64,000 bases of DNA from Utricularia gibba. Taxonomy: Eukaryota > Plantae > Magnoliophyta. Below are positions 1-10,741 of this stretch, piece after piece. Position numbers and translations under genes: made by a program. Each line of letters begins with the position of its first letter. The first letter of the stretch is position 1. The notes under the pieces were generated by a model. It worked only from the letters and a program-made list of their open reading frames with translations, made no database searches and was not told the DNA's origin. The stretch covers positions 5,890,001-5,954,000 of the forward strand of contig CM007990.1 in assembly GCA_002189035.1 (NCBI GenBank), written 5' to 3'.

Positions 1-450
1 CGACAGAAGCTGAAACTGATGACCCTGCAACTGAACTGAAGCCAGGTGTTGATCTTCTGGGGCCCGTTGATGAGATCTTTTTTGAGACGTACGACAGATT
101 TGAGCCTGCCAATGAGCCTTCTTTGGACAATTGCTTCATATCTACTGTAAGTTCATGGGGAGTGAAATTTATATTGCTAACAGTTTCTAATATCCACCAA
201 CTCACCATGTCTTTACTACAGAGTTACGATGCATCCACTCACTTCGAATCCACAGTTGCGGACGTACTGAACATGTATACCTTAATAACGGGAAAGGTAA
301 GATACATACATAGTTTATGCTCACGCATGCCCTCATTTCTGAGTTTCTGTGACTAAGCAAAACGCATTAGTATGTGTGATGATGCTACTAACGGTCCAGG
401 TCCTGGATTTGAACGTGGACTTAAGTGCCGCCAGCGCCGCCGAAGAATGA
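1..450 (+). CDS. GDI: Rab GDP dissociation inhibitor, last three coding exons (5' part lies outside the window)
   Basis: Exons <1-146, 222-296 and 400-450 with GT-AG introns splice to ...KPGVDLLGPVDEIFFETYDRFEPANEPSLDNCFIST|SYDASTHFESTVADVLNMYTLITGK|VLDLNVDLSAASAAEE*, the characteristic plant RabGDI C-terminus. Confidence 0.93.
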
Positions 451-1306
451 AGAGTTGCGGCTTGCTATTGCTTTATTATTAGCAAAATGCAGTTCTGTAA
501 AAAAAAAAAAAGAATCTTTACCAACAATGTCTGCCCTCTTCTGTGCATGGGAAGAGATAACACTGAACTCTGTAGTTCTTTTCTGGTTTGGATGCCCTGT
601 AGTACTAAAGATAAAGATTCGAGAGTCGGAGCTTATCGCACATGATTTCAAGCCCCCAGAAAGCTTATACTTATGAACATAGAGACGAGGTGGTGATGAG
701 CAAGAATACCGGAAGTTCATTCCAACGGCCACTTGTGCCGGCATTAAGGTGCCATCTTCATCTTCAGCCGGAGTTTCGATACAGCAACTTGATTTGTTTT
801 CTTGTTTCAATTTTCGGTTGGCCTGGTAATTCACCAGTTGCTGTGGATGGCGAAGCCATGCGTCCTGATTTCATTGATTTTTTTTTGTTCTAGAAGGAGG
901 ATTTGGATGATCTCTGGTGAAAAAATGGTGGGAAGAAGAAGCTTGATTTCATGGAATAATTGCCTTTGGCTGAGAAGGCCTCGAGAAGCTTGCTGGAGAA
1001 ATGAGTCTATTCAGATGTCGGAGTGATCGAGACCTAATGGCTCCAGTACGTAGAGGCGCCACAGTTTTCCGGAGCTCACTTCGACTTTCCGACGCCGGAG
1101 CACATACCTATGTCACCGATGGTGTTACCGGATTTGATTTTACAGCTTATTCCGGAAATATCCCCGTTCGTCTCTTCTGGGTCTTGTTACGTGAAGGGAT
1201 TAGCTCGTAATTTTCTTGAAGGTATATAAAGATATTTCTCCTCAAGAGCTTTTCGTTTCTTTTTTCCCTAAAAAACAAAAAACGGAGTGGAGAGTGAGCG
1301 GAGCCG

Positions 1307-2444
1307 ATGAGTTTGAGTCTGGTGCAAGGCTACTCTTCCGCCGAGGAAGATGATGGCGGTCAACTACAAAATAATGTCGTCTCCGAAGATGAGGCTGAGG
1401 AGGAGGTTGCCGCTCCTATAAAACCTAGCAGAACCTACAAACCGTTGTTCGATCCCAATCCCCCCTCGTCCTCCTCATTACCCTCCGCTTTTGACGTATT
1501 CTCTGAAGTAAGTTTGCATCCAATTACGCGTAACACCGAACTGGGAGGGAACTAGGGTTTGAAGTCGTTTTTTCGGCAGGTTCAAGGTCCTCCGCAGTTT
1601 CTGAACAATTCGGCTGCTGCCGCGGAAGATGAGGGACAATTTAGCCATGGTGGCACGAGAACCCGCAAAGAGAGAAAGGATTTGCCTCCAGGTTAAATTT
1701 CCTTTGTTAGCTCTCTTTCAGTAGATTTTTGTAGGGAAAAATGACTAGAAAAAACGCTGTTTCTGCGTGGAAGTTTCAATTTTTCTGGCTTTTTTTCTCC
1801 TGTAGTGGTTTAACGTAGTTACGACGCACAGCCTCTTTTAAAAATAATATGCTCTTAAAGAACAAGCTCTCTATGTTGGCATGGTATCACATTATTCAGG
1901 ATTAGTTACGAAGGTTGCTGGGTGTCCGATGGGTTATGTGGTGTGTTGTCTCTAGGTGTGGTGCTCGAGTCCAAGGCTCAACTAGTTGGGATCCATCAGC
2001 GAGTGAGAAGTGACATTGGAAAGGAAATTCCTAAAGGCCAGTCAAGTAGCGCGGTAGTTGCTGCAGCACAAGGTGGGAAGCGAGTGATAACTGCTCAAAA
2101 TCCGAATGCTGAAGATGCTGCAGAGCTCTTGAGGTTGCTCATTCTTTTGGTTTTGCTGAATTTTGAAAAACGTTTTGAGAACATTGCCTGATGGGTTCGG
2201 GCGTTTACAATGATTGTGCTGCAGGATGTGCGTGCGATGTGGTGTTCCAAAGACCTTCACTCACGGAAAGGGAATAGTGTGTCCTGTATGCAAGGACATG
2301 CCAGTAGATTTGGATACCAGCCTCGTGAAGAAGAAGGGTTCCACAGTCAAAGACAAGGAAAGGAGCAAAAGGATGAAGGGGCAATCTTCACATGCAACGT
2401 GGAAAAGCGAGACAGAGATGCAACTCCGGCAACAATTCGATTAG
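1307..2444 (+). CDS. Conserved plant protein of unknown function with an acidic N-terminus, a CxxC-CxxC zinc ribbon and a basic C-terminus
   Basis: Four exons (1307-1507, 1580-1691, 1956-2133, 2225-2444) with phase-compatible GT-AG introns: MSLSLVQGYSSAEED...LPSAFDVFSE|VQGPPQFLNN...|GVVLESKAQLVGIHQRVRSD...|MCVRCGVPKTFTHGKGIVCPVC...KDKERSKRMKGQSSHATWKSETEMQLRQQFD*. Confidence 0.85.
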
Positions 2445-2909
2445 CCAAGTGAAAGTTGGTATTTGTTAGAATTTACCTATTGTGATCTTTGTGCCTCAGA
2501 ACTTGCCATGGATTTTTGAAGCTTAGTATTTGAACTTTCATTTGAAGTTTGTTTATATTGTTTCAAGAGAATAATCTCAGCAACAGATTGCTGGATGGTT
2601 ACCAGGTCTCTAAGATTACAAATTAGAGATGTTTTCCTTAAAGTGGAAAAGGTATGTGAACTAATGGATCCTGCTTTATAAAGCCCAGACAAGATAATGT
2701 ATCATATTCTTTGGACCATTGGGAGCTTTTCATGTTGCAGACAATAAAATGCATCAGATTCTTTAGACTATGGAGGTTTGTGAGGAATCAGATGCTTGCA
2801 GAATCTATCAAAAGAAAGAAACCCTCGAAATGTGCCATCAGCTTTTTTAACCAACCTCTGCAGAGACCACCCTCTGTGTAAAGTGTACTGCAGATAACTT
2901 GTCACAGAG

Positions 2910-4367
2910 ATGAACAGCAACTCGAGAGGGATGAATTGTCTTCGAGGAAAGAAAGGCTTAGTCAGGTATGGCACAAGTGGGATCTCATCATCTTCTGCAA
3001 TTAGCCTGAAACAGCCTCGACGAGGAAAGCGTGCGGTGCTTTGCTGTGTTCGCTACAAGAAGCAGAAGAGTGAGCTCAAAGGAGCTTCACATGACTTGAA
3101 GAGCATGAGAGAGTTGCTCATTCAACAATTTGGTTTCTTGCCTGATTCTATGCTCATTCTTGCAGGTATTTATGTCTCCTTTATCTGTCCATTACATTTC
3201 TTTTCAGTATAATGAACACTGTGAAGGAAATCAGAGAAGGATGCATACATACCTCCAACAAGGAAGAACATAGAGGAGGCATTTCAGTGGCTGGTAAGGG
3301 ACATCCAACCTGGTGATTCATTATTTTTCTACTTCTCGGGTCATGGATCTCGTCAACAAGGCCTGCATGGAGATGAACTAGATGGCTACGATGAGTCAAT
3401 CTGCCCTGTTGACTTTGAAGTAAATGGAATGATATTTGACAACTACATCAATGAAAAAATTGTCAAACCGCTGATCCCTGGAGTCACTCTTCATGCTCTC
3501 TTTGATTGCTGTCACAGTGGAACTGTTCTCGACTTACCTCACGTGTATAACACCAAAACGTAAGTGAAGGTGCTGTTTCTCTCGGAGGATTTATTGTTCA
3601 TTTGGTCCGCAACTACTGTGGCAGGGGTAAATGGGAGGACAACAGGCCACCATCAGGTAACTTCATTGCAAAGGGCACTAGTGGTGGAAGGGCCATCTGT
3701 ATCAGTGCCTGTGAAGATCATCAAGTTGCTGCAGATGCCTCCGTTAGCAAATCCTCTCTTCCTGTGCTATCACATTACACACGAACACCGGCTTTCTTCG
3801 TGTTCCAAAACTTTTTTTACCTACTTGGAAAGTGCCTGGTTGCTTACAGTTCATCCTCTGTGATATCTGTTGCAGGATTTCTCCCAAAATGAAAATGACA
3901 AGACAGGAGCCATGACGAGCAGCTTTATAAAAGCAGTGAAAGAAGCATCTGCAGGTAACCAGAAAATAACCTACCATCGAATTCTCTGTAGGATGCGGGA
4001 GTCCCTTATGCATGAAGATAGAGTCGGTTGTGTTCGAGAAGGCCTAAGAAGGGTCCTCCACCGCAGAATCTCACAGGTTTTGGCCGCCGAGTCTTTGTAG
4101 ACATGCACCATAGCCATCACACACGGTCACACCTGCATTAAGGCCTTTATTCATCACTTGCATCATCCCCCTTCCATTTTTTTTTGTTGCTACACTACCA
4201 AGATACAACAGCGGTTTGATGACTGCACCAGTTGACTTGGTTTCTGTATATATATATGTGCATGTGTGGAGCCGTGTGGCATTCTGATGGATAGAAGTAA
4301 CCTTTTTCAGGACCCTCTCTTGTCCTCTTCCGAAGAGTTCGACACCAAAACAGAGTTCAAGCTCTAA
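2910..4367 (+). CDS. Type I metacaspase (MC1/MC3-like); start codon uncertain
   Basis: Contains KRAVLCCVRYK, FYFSGHG (catalytic His), DELDGYDESICPVD, DCCHSGTVLDLP (catalytic Cys), GTSGGRAICISAC and TGAMT. Exons approx. 2910-3165, 3235-3559, 3625-3742, 3876-4076 and 4311-4367 (DPLLSSSEEFDTKTEFKL*). Confidence 0.9.
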
Positions 4368-5004
4368 GTTACTATCCTGACATGTGCGTTTCCTTGCAAC
4401 GGCTGTTTCAACCCAAATGAAGGAATTTATGTCCACACAACCACCACATGATGTCAATCCAGTAGTATCAGAGTTGTTTCACGTACTTTTAAATCACCTG
4501 TCGCCCAATCTCCCATGAAATCAAGGTTCAAAAACCTTTATGCAAAATGGAAAAGAAAAAAAACTGGCACCAGAACTATAATTTGGGAAAAATTTCCAGT
4601 TATTAAAACGGTGAAAGACACGCGCATGCAGTTCCAAACTCGTCGAGTCCCCACATGCCTTTTAAGCAATTTGTTTAAAAAAGAAATACCAATGCCATAA
4701 AGAGTTTACGCAGCCCCACAAGAGCTCGGTTCCTCATCACGAAAATTCCATAAATTTCTAAAATAAAATTGATGATCAAACACTTTTCCAAAATGGGAAT
4801 TATAAACTATGAAATAACCTTCACTCTTTCCCCTCTTTGCCGTACAGGTATTCTATCAACGCCCTGTTAACTTAGAACCTTCACCTATTTACACAAGCTA
4901 ACTGTAGGAATATGAACTGCGCCTGCAACTTCTCCATCCCAATCTAACACTGACTACTTGCTGTCAAGGACTGGAGGGTTGTGGATTTGGTGGAGAGCTG
5001 GTTG

Positions 5005-8000
5005 TCATGGAAAGATCAGAGATATGAAGGTCTCATCATCCAGCATACCTGCAACTTCCATAAGATGTCCATCTTCTTCATATCTCATGTCTCCCAGGGC
5101 ATCCGGGGAGATCGCATCCGAAGTGTCCTGCAGAAAACGTATCATGTGGATCATCAATGATGCTTTTGTGAGAGCACTAACACCGGCAGGGAGGTTTGGT
5201 TTTGCTATGAAGATAACCAAGCTGGGCTGTCCTAGGTGTTAGTTACCTTGGTGTCTAGGATCCCCTCTGTGGCGCTAAGCAGTCTACGGTACTGAGCCCT
5301 TGCTTCAGGATACCGAACCATGGATTTTACCCGATCAAGTGCTTTTTGCATCCGTTCCTCTGTTTGCTTTCTTCCCTGCTTCAGAAGGTCATAATCATCT
5401 TCTGGTTTCACTGTGCAATCCATGTTGGACTCAGCCTGGAGTTGGCGATATCCACGCAGTCCGTTCCGTTTACGTCTCCAGCGTAAGATCACCTTCTCCA
5501 GTATTCCCACAGACCAAATGATAGGCTTGTGCTTTCTTCTTGCTTGATGCCCCCTTACATGAGCCTTGGGACACAAATAAAACATATGTTAGTCTTTCTT
5601 TCATTTGGCAAAGGATGCCTGTCTAAATTCAACCTGTCAGACCTATCTTGGATACATATTATGTTCCGAGTCTATAAAGAGCTCCAAAATCGTTTTGTTG
5701 ATATGAGAGAAGCGAATCACCTGGATCCTGACAACTTTCTGACGAATAAGCAGAAATTCTTTTCTCTTCTTCCATCCCCGAAACTTTTTCTGGATCTGGA
5801 TGGCAGCAGCATTGGCCTTGCCATAAGAATTACCAAACCTGGATGCCTTCCCAGCTAAGAGAGAAATAGCTTGCTCATCTTCATTCAGCGCTTCACAGGA
5901 GTCCAGCTCGCTGAGTTGCCTCCTCTGAAATGATTGCAGGCGGAAAATTTGGTGAATGCGAGCTGCTGCTTGTGTAGCATTGCACACAGCAGTAAGCGAG
6001 TCATCAAGTGAGAGCTTATCAGGAACATTTTCTTCCGTTCTTGGAGCTACGTGTTCCAAATGTGTCTGATATGCATTTCCTTCAGAGACCGCAGGTGTAC
6101 CATCAGCATTCACGGTAAGGGTTGAGAGGTGTCTGGTCAAAGAAGTCTCAGCGAGGAAGCCAGATATCCCCTTATAACCATTCAAGGAAGCCAAGTCAGC
6201 TGGAGTTCTGCCTAGGAGATATTTAGCAGAGGGATCAGTCAGTAGTCCAGGACCTGCACCAAGAGAAACGAGAGCCGCAACTGCGTCCTCCCTACAATAA
6301 AAACAAGTGTGAGTTTGCAGGTTTCAACTCATCTAAATCAATGGATATTTTGTATTTTACTCAACCACAGCAGCCAGTGCATCTAAGTGACCCTGAACTA
6401 GCCAAGTTAATTACCTGCCATAAAAAGCAGCCCAATGAAGAGCTGTCCAACCGTTCACATCACGGAAATCTATTCTAACTCCCGATTCAATAAACGGCCG
6501 GAAAGCCCAGATAAAACCAAGGGCAGCGGCCAGGTGCAGCAAAGTTTGACCACCTTGATCAAAATCATGAGCCCTTTCCCGCCTTCAGCAACTCTATGAA
6601 GAAACCAAGAGATGAACATGCTTTTTAGCTTCTTCTCAAGGAGCAGCTTTCCAAGACGTAATGGATCCCTTTCAGAGGCTAAATCTTTCTCAATAGTGTT
6701 TCCTTCTTCTCCCAAGGATATAACTTTGAGGCTTACAGTCTCTGCATCAAAGTCGCCTGCCGAAGTACTTAGAGTACTTGGTTGTGGTTCCAGGAGCAGT
6801 ACAATCTCAAATCTTTGATATAGGTGCATCAATGTTACATTGGTTTCATCCAAGTCAGCTGAGCTAGAACTTCCAATAATACCAGTCCTATATTCGAATT
6901 CTCTAATCTCACTGCATGCTGATCTGTTTGAACAGGTTACGTAGAAAGGAAGAAATCCGGGGTCATGCAATGGAGCACTGCAACAAAGAATACCATCACC
7001 TAGAACTTCTGCCGGAACCTCCACTTGTCCAAACATGATGCACCATTTGGCTTCAGATAAATCTAACTCACTCTTGAGGAATGTTCCAGAAATGAGCACC
7101 TGATTATAACGGTAAAATATATTAATAGTAATAGTAGTAAGATCCCCAAACCACAGTTGCTATAATGCAAGTGTATACAACAAGTGACCCCAAGTAGCAC
7201 ACAATAGTAATTACCTTAGTCTCTTGATTTGAATAGGCCCAGGGAGGCGAAAAATCAGTAATACTGTAAAGCTGATCCGGAGAAATAGGACTCAATGTGC
7301 TGGTATCCATATGCAACTGCAGGGGCATATTTGACTCATATTCGCTTCCAATAATACTCCAGGAGAATCCACTAGCTGCTTGGGTAGCTAATCCATCAGC
7401 CTCTCCAAGTTCCTTATCGACCCAGTGGAGAAGCTGACAACTTTCTTCAAACCTTCTTCTGATTGCACCCCTCCAAACGGAGTTTTCTTCAAGGAGAAAG
7501 AAAAACTTTCATCTCTCACGTCTTCCACACCGTTCCCAAAATTTTGCATCTCTCCAATCTCTTCGTCAGATGAGAGCAACTTGAGGTTAGTACATTTTCC
7601 ATTCTGGTCAATATATGTGTAACACAGCCCCAGGCCACACTCTTCATCAGAGAGAAGAGATTTGTCTGGAAACAAGCGGTTCATGCCTTGCAAACTGTCA
7701 TGGGAAGACACAGATTCCTGCTTGTACATGATCCTTCCTGCCAAAGCAGCATTCTTCTAAAATAGTCAATAAACTTTCCCAATGGATATTGTTATATCAT
7801 ATAAAAAAACAAGCTAGACAACTGTCACAAGTTTTTAGCCTTGAGGCTAAATAAACTGGTGCTGCAACCCCTTTGAGAAAACTTCCCTTACCAAAATCTT
7901 TGGCCCCTTCATCTAATATGGTTGATCCATGAATCATTGCATAATCACTTTGATTTCCTGCTGGAGTGCCACAATTCAAAGCCATATACTTGTTTCAGCA

Positions 8001-10356
8001 TTTCCAGTGAATGGTAGCACATTACATGTAGTAATGGGAGTTAGGGAAAAGAATACGTACCTATGTTAAATGGTGGTTCATAAGAGCATGAATGTGCATA
8101 ATGGAAATCGTCAGATACAGGAGACCCAGAATAAAGCCGATATTCAGAACTTGCCTGCTGGTTGCCCTCTGAAGAAGTTAACACACATGATATCTCCATG
8201 GGTGTTTCAATGGATATAATGCAAAATTTAGTTGCACAAAACAGTGACATGCTATACTATAGAACAACTGGAATAAACTACATAAGGAGACTTTACCAGA
8301 TTCAGCATCTTCATGTGCCGATAACAATGGACTAGTTGGACTTTTTCCACGGAAGATGGAAGATACTGAGATATTATTTTCAGAATTTGATACAATCACA
8401 TCTCCTTTACTGGCATAGCTGATATTTGACTTATATCCCTAAACACATGATCCAAAAAAATATTTTTTTTTAGATATACTAATATTTTTCTGCTGCAATC
8501 CAGATATTTAGAACCTAAAAGCGTTGCATGTTTTAGGCTAACGCATTGAGATGCTTTATAAAAAATACAACCGAACTGCAGCAGAAAGTTTATAATTCTT
8601 TGAAACCTGGACTTCCAAGTAATGGACAAACACGATATGCATGAGATCCCTGCATAAGGATAATTAAGTAAATTTCACTTGCAATTTCAAGATATAAGCA
8701 ATCCATCAACTAACTTAATAATTCAATTCATGTTCAAATATTCAGTGTATCACTAAAACAAAAAAGCAAAAATCAGAAAAACGGATAACAACCAGGCACC
8801 GAGTTCATTGCAGAAATTTCAGATCAAACAACACAAATAAAGAAGAGAACTGTGACCACACAATTGATTCAGACGCTGAGAACTGTTTTCATCTACATAG
8901 ATATGCCTTGACAATGAAGAAATATTCAACTTGAAGACATAAATGACATGTTGGCATGGAATTCAGACTGAAGCTGGGGATGGAAATCAATAAGGAAGAT
9001 GATTCTAAAGATGCTAAAGACATAAATGACATGTTGGCATGGAATTCACATTAAACCAAATAATACTGTTCAAATATACTAATAATAATGTCAGTGTCAA
9101 CATACTGATCAAGCAACCAATAACTCCGCCTTTGGAAATTCTCGTTTTCTTCTCCATGAGCATAGTAGCAATGCAGCATGTCAATGCTTCCAACCTGAAG
9201 AAAATGGAGAATAACCTACTACTTGAGGAAAGAGTGAAAAGCCAGGAAGTCCCGTATTTTCCATGGTAAACATAATAAATACATTTTTCTCTGAAAACAA
9301 GGATGATTATGGCTATATTTCCTATGAAGGTACATGCTTAGAAAAGATGTACAATTATAACGTAAATCTAAATCGACTCATACATTGACCAGGGTGAATT
9401 TAAATGCATTCAAAAGAAATAACATCATATGCCATTATGTCCCTCTCAAAGCCCAACACTTTTCAAGTACGGTTTTATGATGCATATGAAACGCCATGTT
9501 CATATTGGTATTAGCGCAGCAAATATGGAACTTTGCAGCTACCAATGACAAAATCTCACCTTCAATTTTTCATGAGCTTCCCTCACTGTCTTTCCATCCT
9601 TCTTCTTTCTCCAATTATGTCCATCCTTCCTAAAATACCTTAGCACCTTACGATCAAAGAGGAAAACAGAGCCACCTGAAAAAGAACGTCTTCGTCATAT
9701 AACTCAAGCTTCCCTGTTACATCTCAAAAGTTCGTGGTGCTCAATGCTAGCAGCACAAAAAGAATTTGGGATCATGTTGAGTGAAAACAGTTGCAAGCCA
9801 CCTCGCATAAACGTAAAAAAAAATCACATGTTTAGTTTGTCACAAAAAACCTGCCACAGATATTTCCATGTTGGCTAACGAAGTAAAGGCGGTAGGATTA
9901 ACAACACATACTGGCAGGGTTATTTGGAGCCTCGGGAGAAATTTGTAACTTTTGATAGTTTCTCAAAATCTCACAAATTTCAGCAGGCCTCAGCCACCGG
10001 CGCTGGGTTTCCAAGAGTAATTTCGGAATATCTGAAACCCCAAAACAAAATCATCAGAATTACACCCTATAAAGACAATCTCCATTCTCCAATTACAGAA
10101 ATTGCCAACGCAAACGGAAAGGATGTTGCAATCCACTAATGCAAACACCAAATTTTTCACTTTTCATGTTCTGCAGGCAGCCGAACCCCTCAATCCATTT
10201 GACTTAACGAAAAGACAATACAATAACAACTTAACCAAACTAAAATACCAGTTCCACTCAAGAGGCCCGAAAACCACAGTGACAAAAACACGAAAATAAC
10301 TGCAATTCCACAGGATACGCCGTACCCACTCCAATTCCTGTTCCGCCTTCGTCCAT
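5005..10356 (-). CDS. CAMTA: Calmodulin-binding transcription activator (CG-1, TIG, ankyrin and IQ domains); two apparent 1-nt frameshifts; first exon uncertain
   Basis: CG-1 exons RWLRPAEICEILRNY, LFDRKVLRYFRKDGHNWRKKKDGKTVREAHEKLK and LHCYYAHGEENENFQRRSYW; TIG region MFGQVEVPAEVL...PFYVTCSNRSACSEIREFEY; ankyrin LLHLAAALG...RDVNGWTALHWAAFYGR; IQ motifs IQKKFRGWKKRK and IQAHVRGHQARR; ends LDDETFISLIFP*. Confidence 0.95.
8934..9048. repeat. Perfect 32-bp direct repeat (two copies) inside a CAMTA intron
   Basis: AAGACATAAATGACATGTTGGCATGGAATTCA at 8934-8965 and 9017-9048, separated by 51 nt. Confidence 0.9.
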
Positions 10357-10741
10357 GACCGATCGGAAACTTCCGCCGCAAGGCAACGGACTAAAGAATC
10401 CGAAACATAAAACACGGGATTGAAAACCAAGTCCTTGCACAGGGTGGGATATTTATGCCTCAGGAGAAACTCATTTCTTGTTTAGACAGCTGTCAGAGAC
10501 CGTGCTGTCAAATCCACACTACGCTGACTTTTAGTCATCAGTCCCGTTTATTGTTTTATTTAATATTCGACGCGTGGACCCACACCCCATGACCGCAGCC
10601 AAAAACCCGAGGATTTCGGGAAATCAAATACCAATAATATATTTGAAAATATTAATTTGAAAAGTTTTTTTTTTAATTTTGTTTTTCTGAGGAAATTGAC
10701 ATGCAGTGGCGCTTTCTTCATCGATTGCACAGATACATTCG

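Noticed and set aside
8934-9048. CRISPR-like repeat-spacer-repeat (32-bp repeat, 51-nt spacer)
   Set aside because: Only two copies, inside a spliceosomal intron of a plant gene, with no cas genes. It is a simple local duplication.
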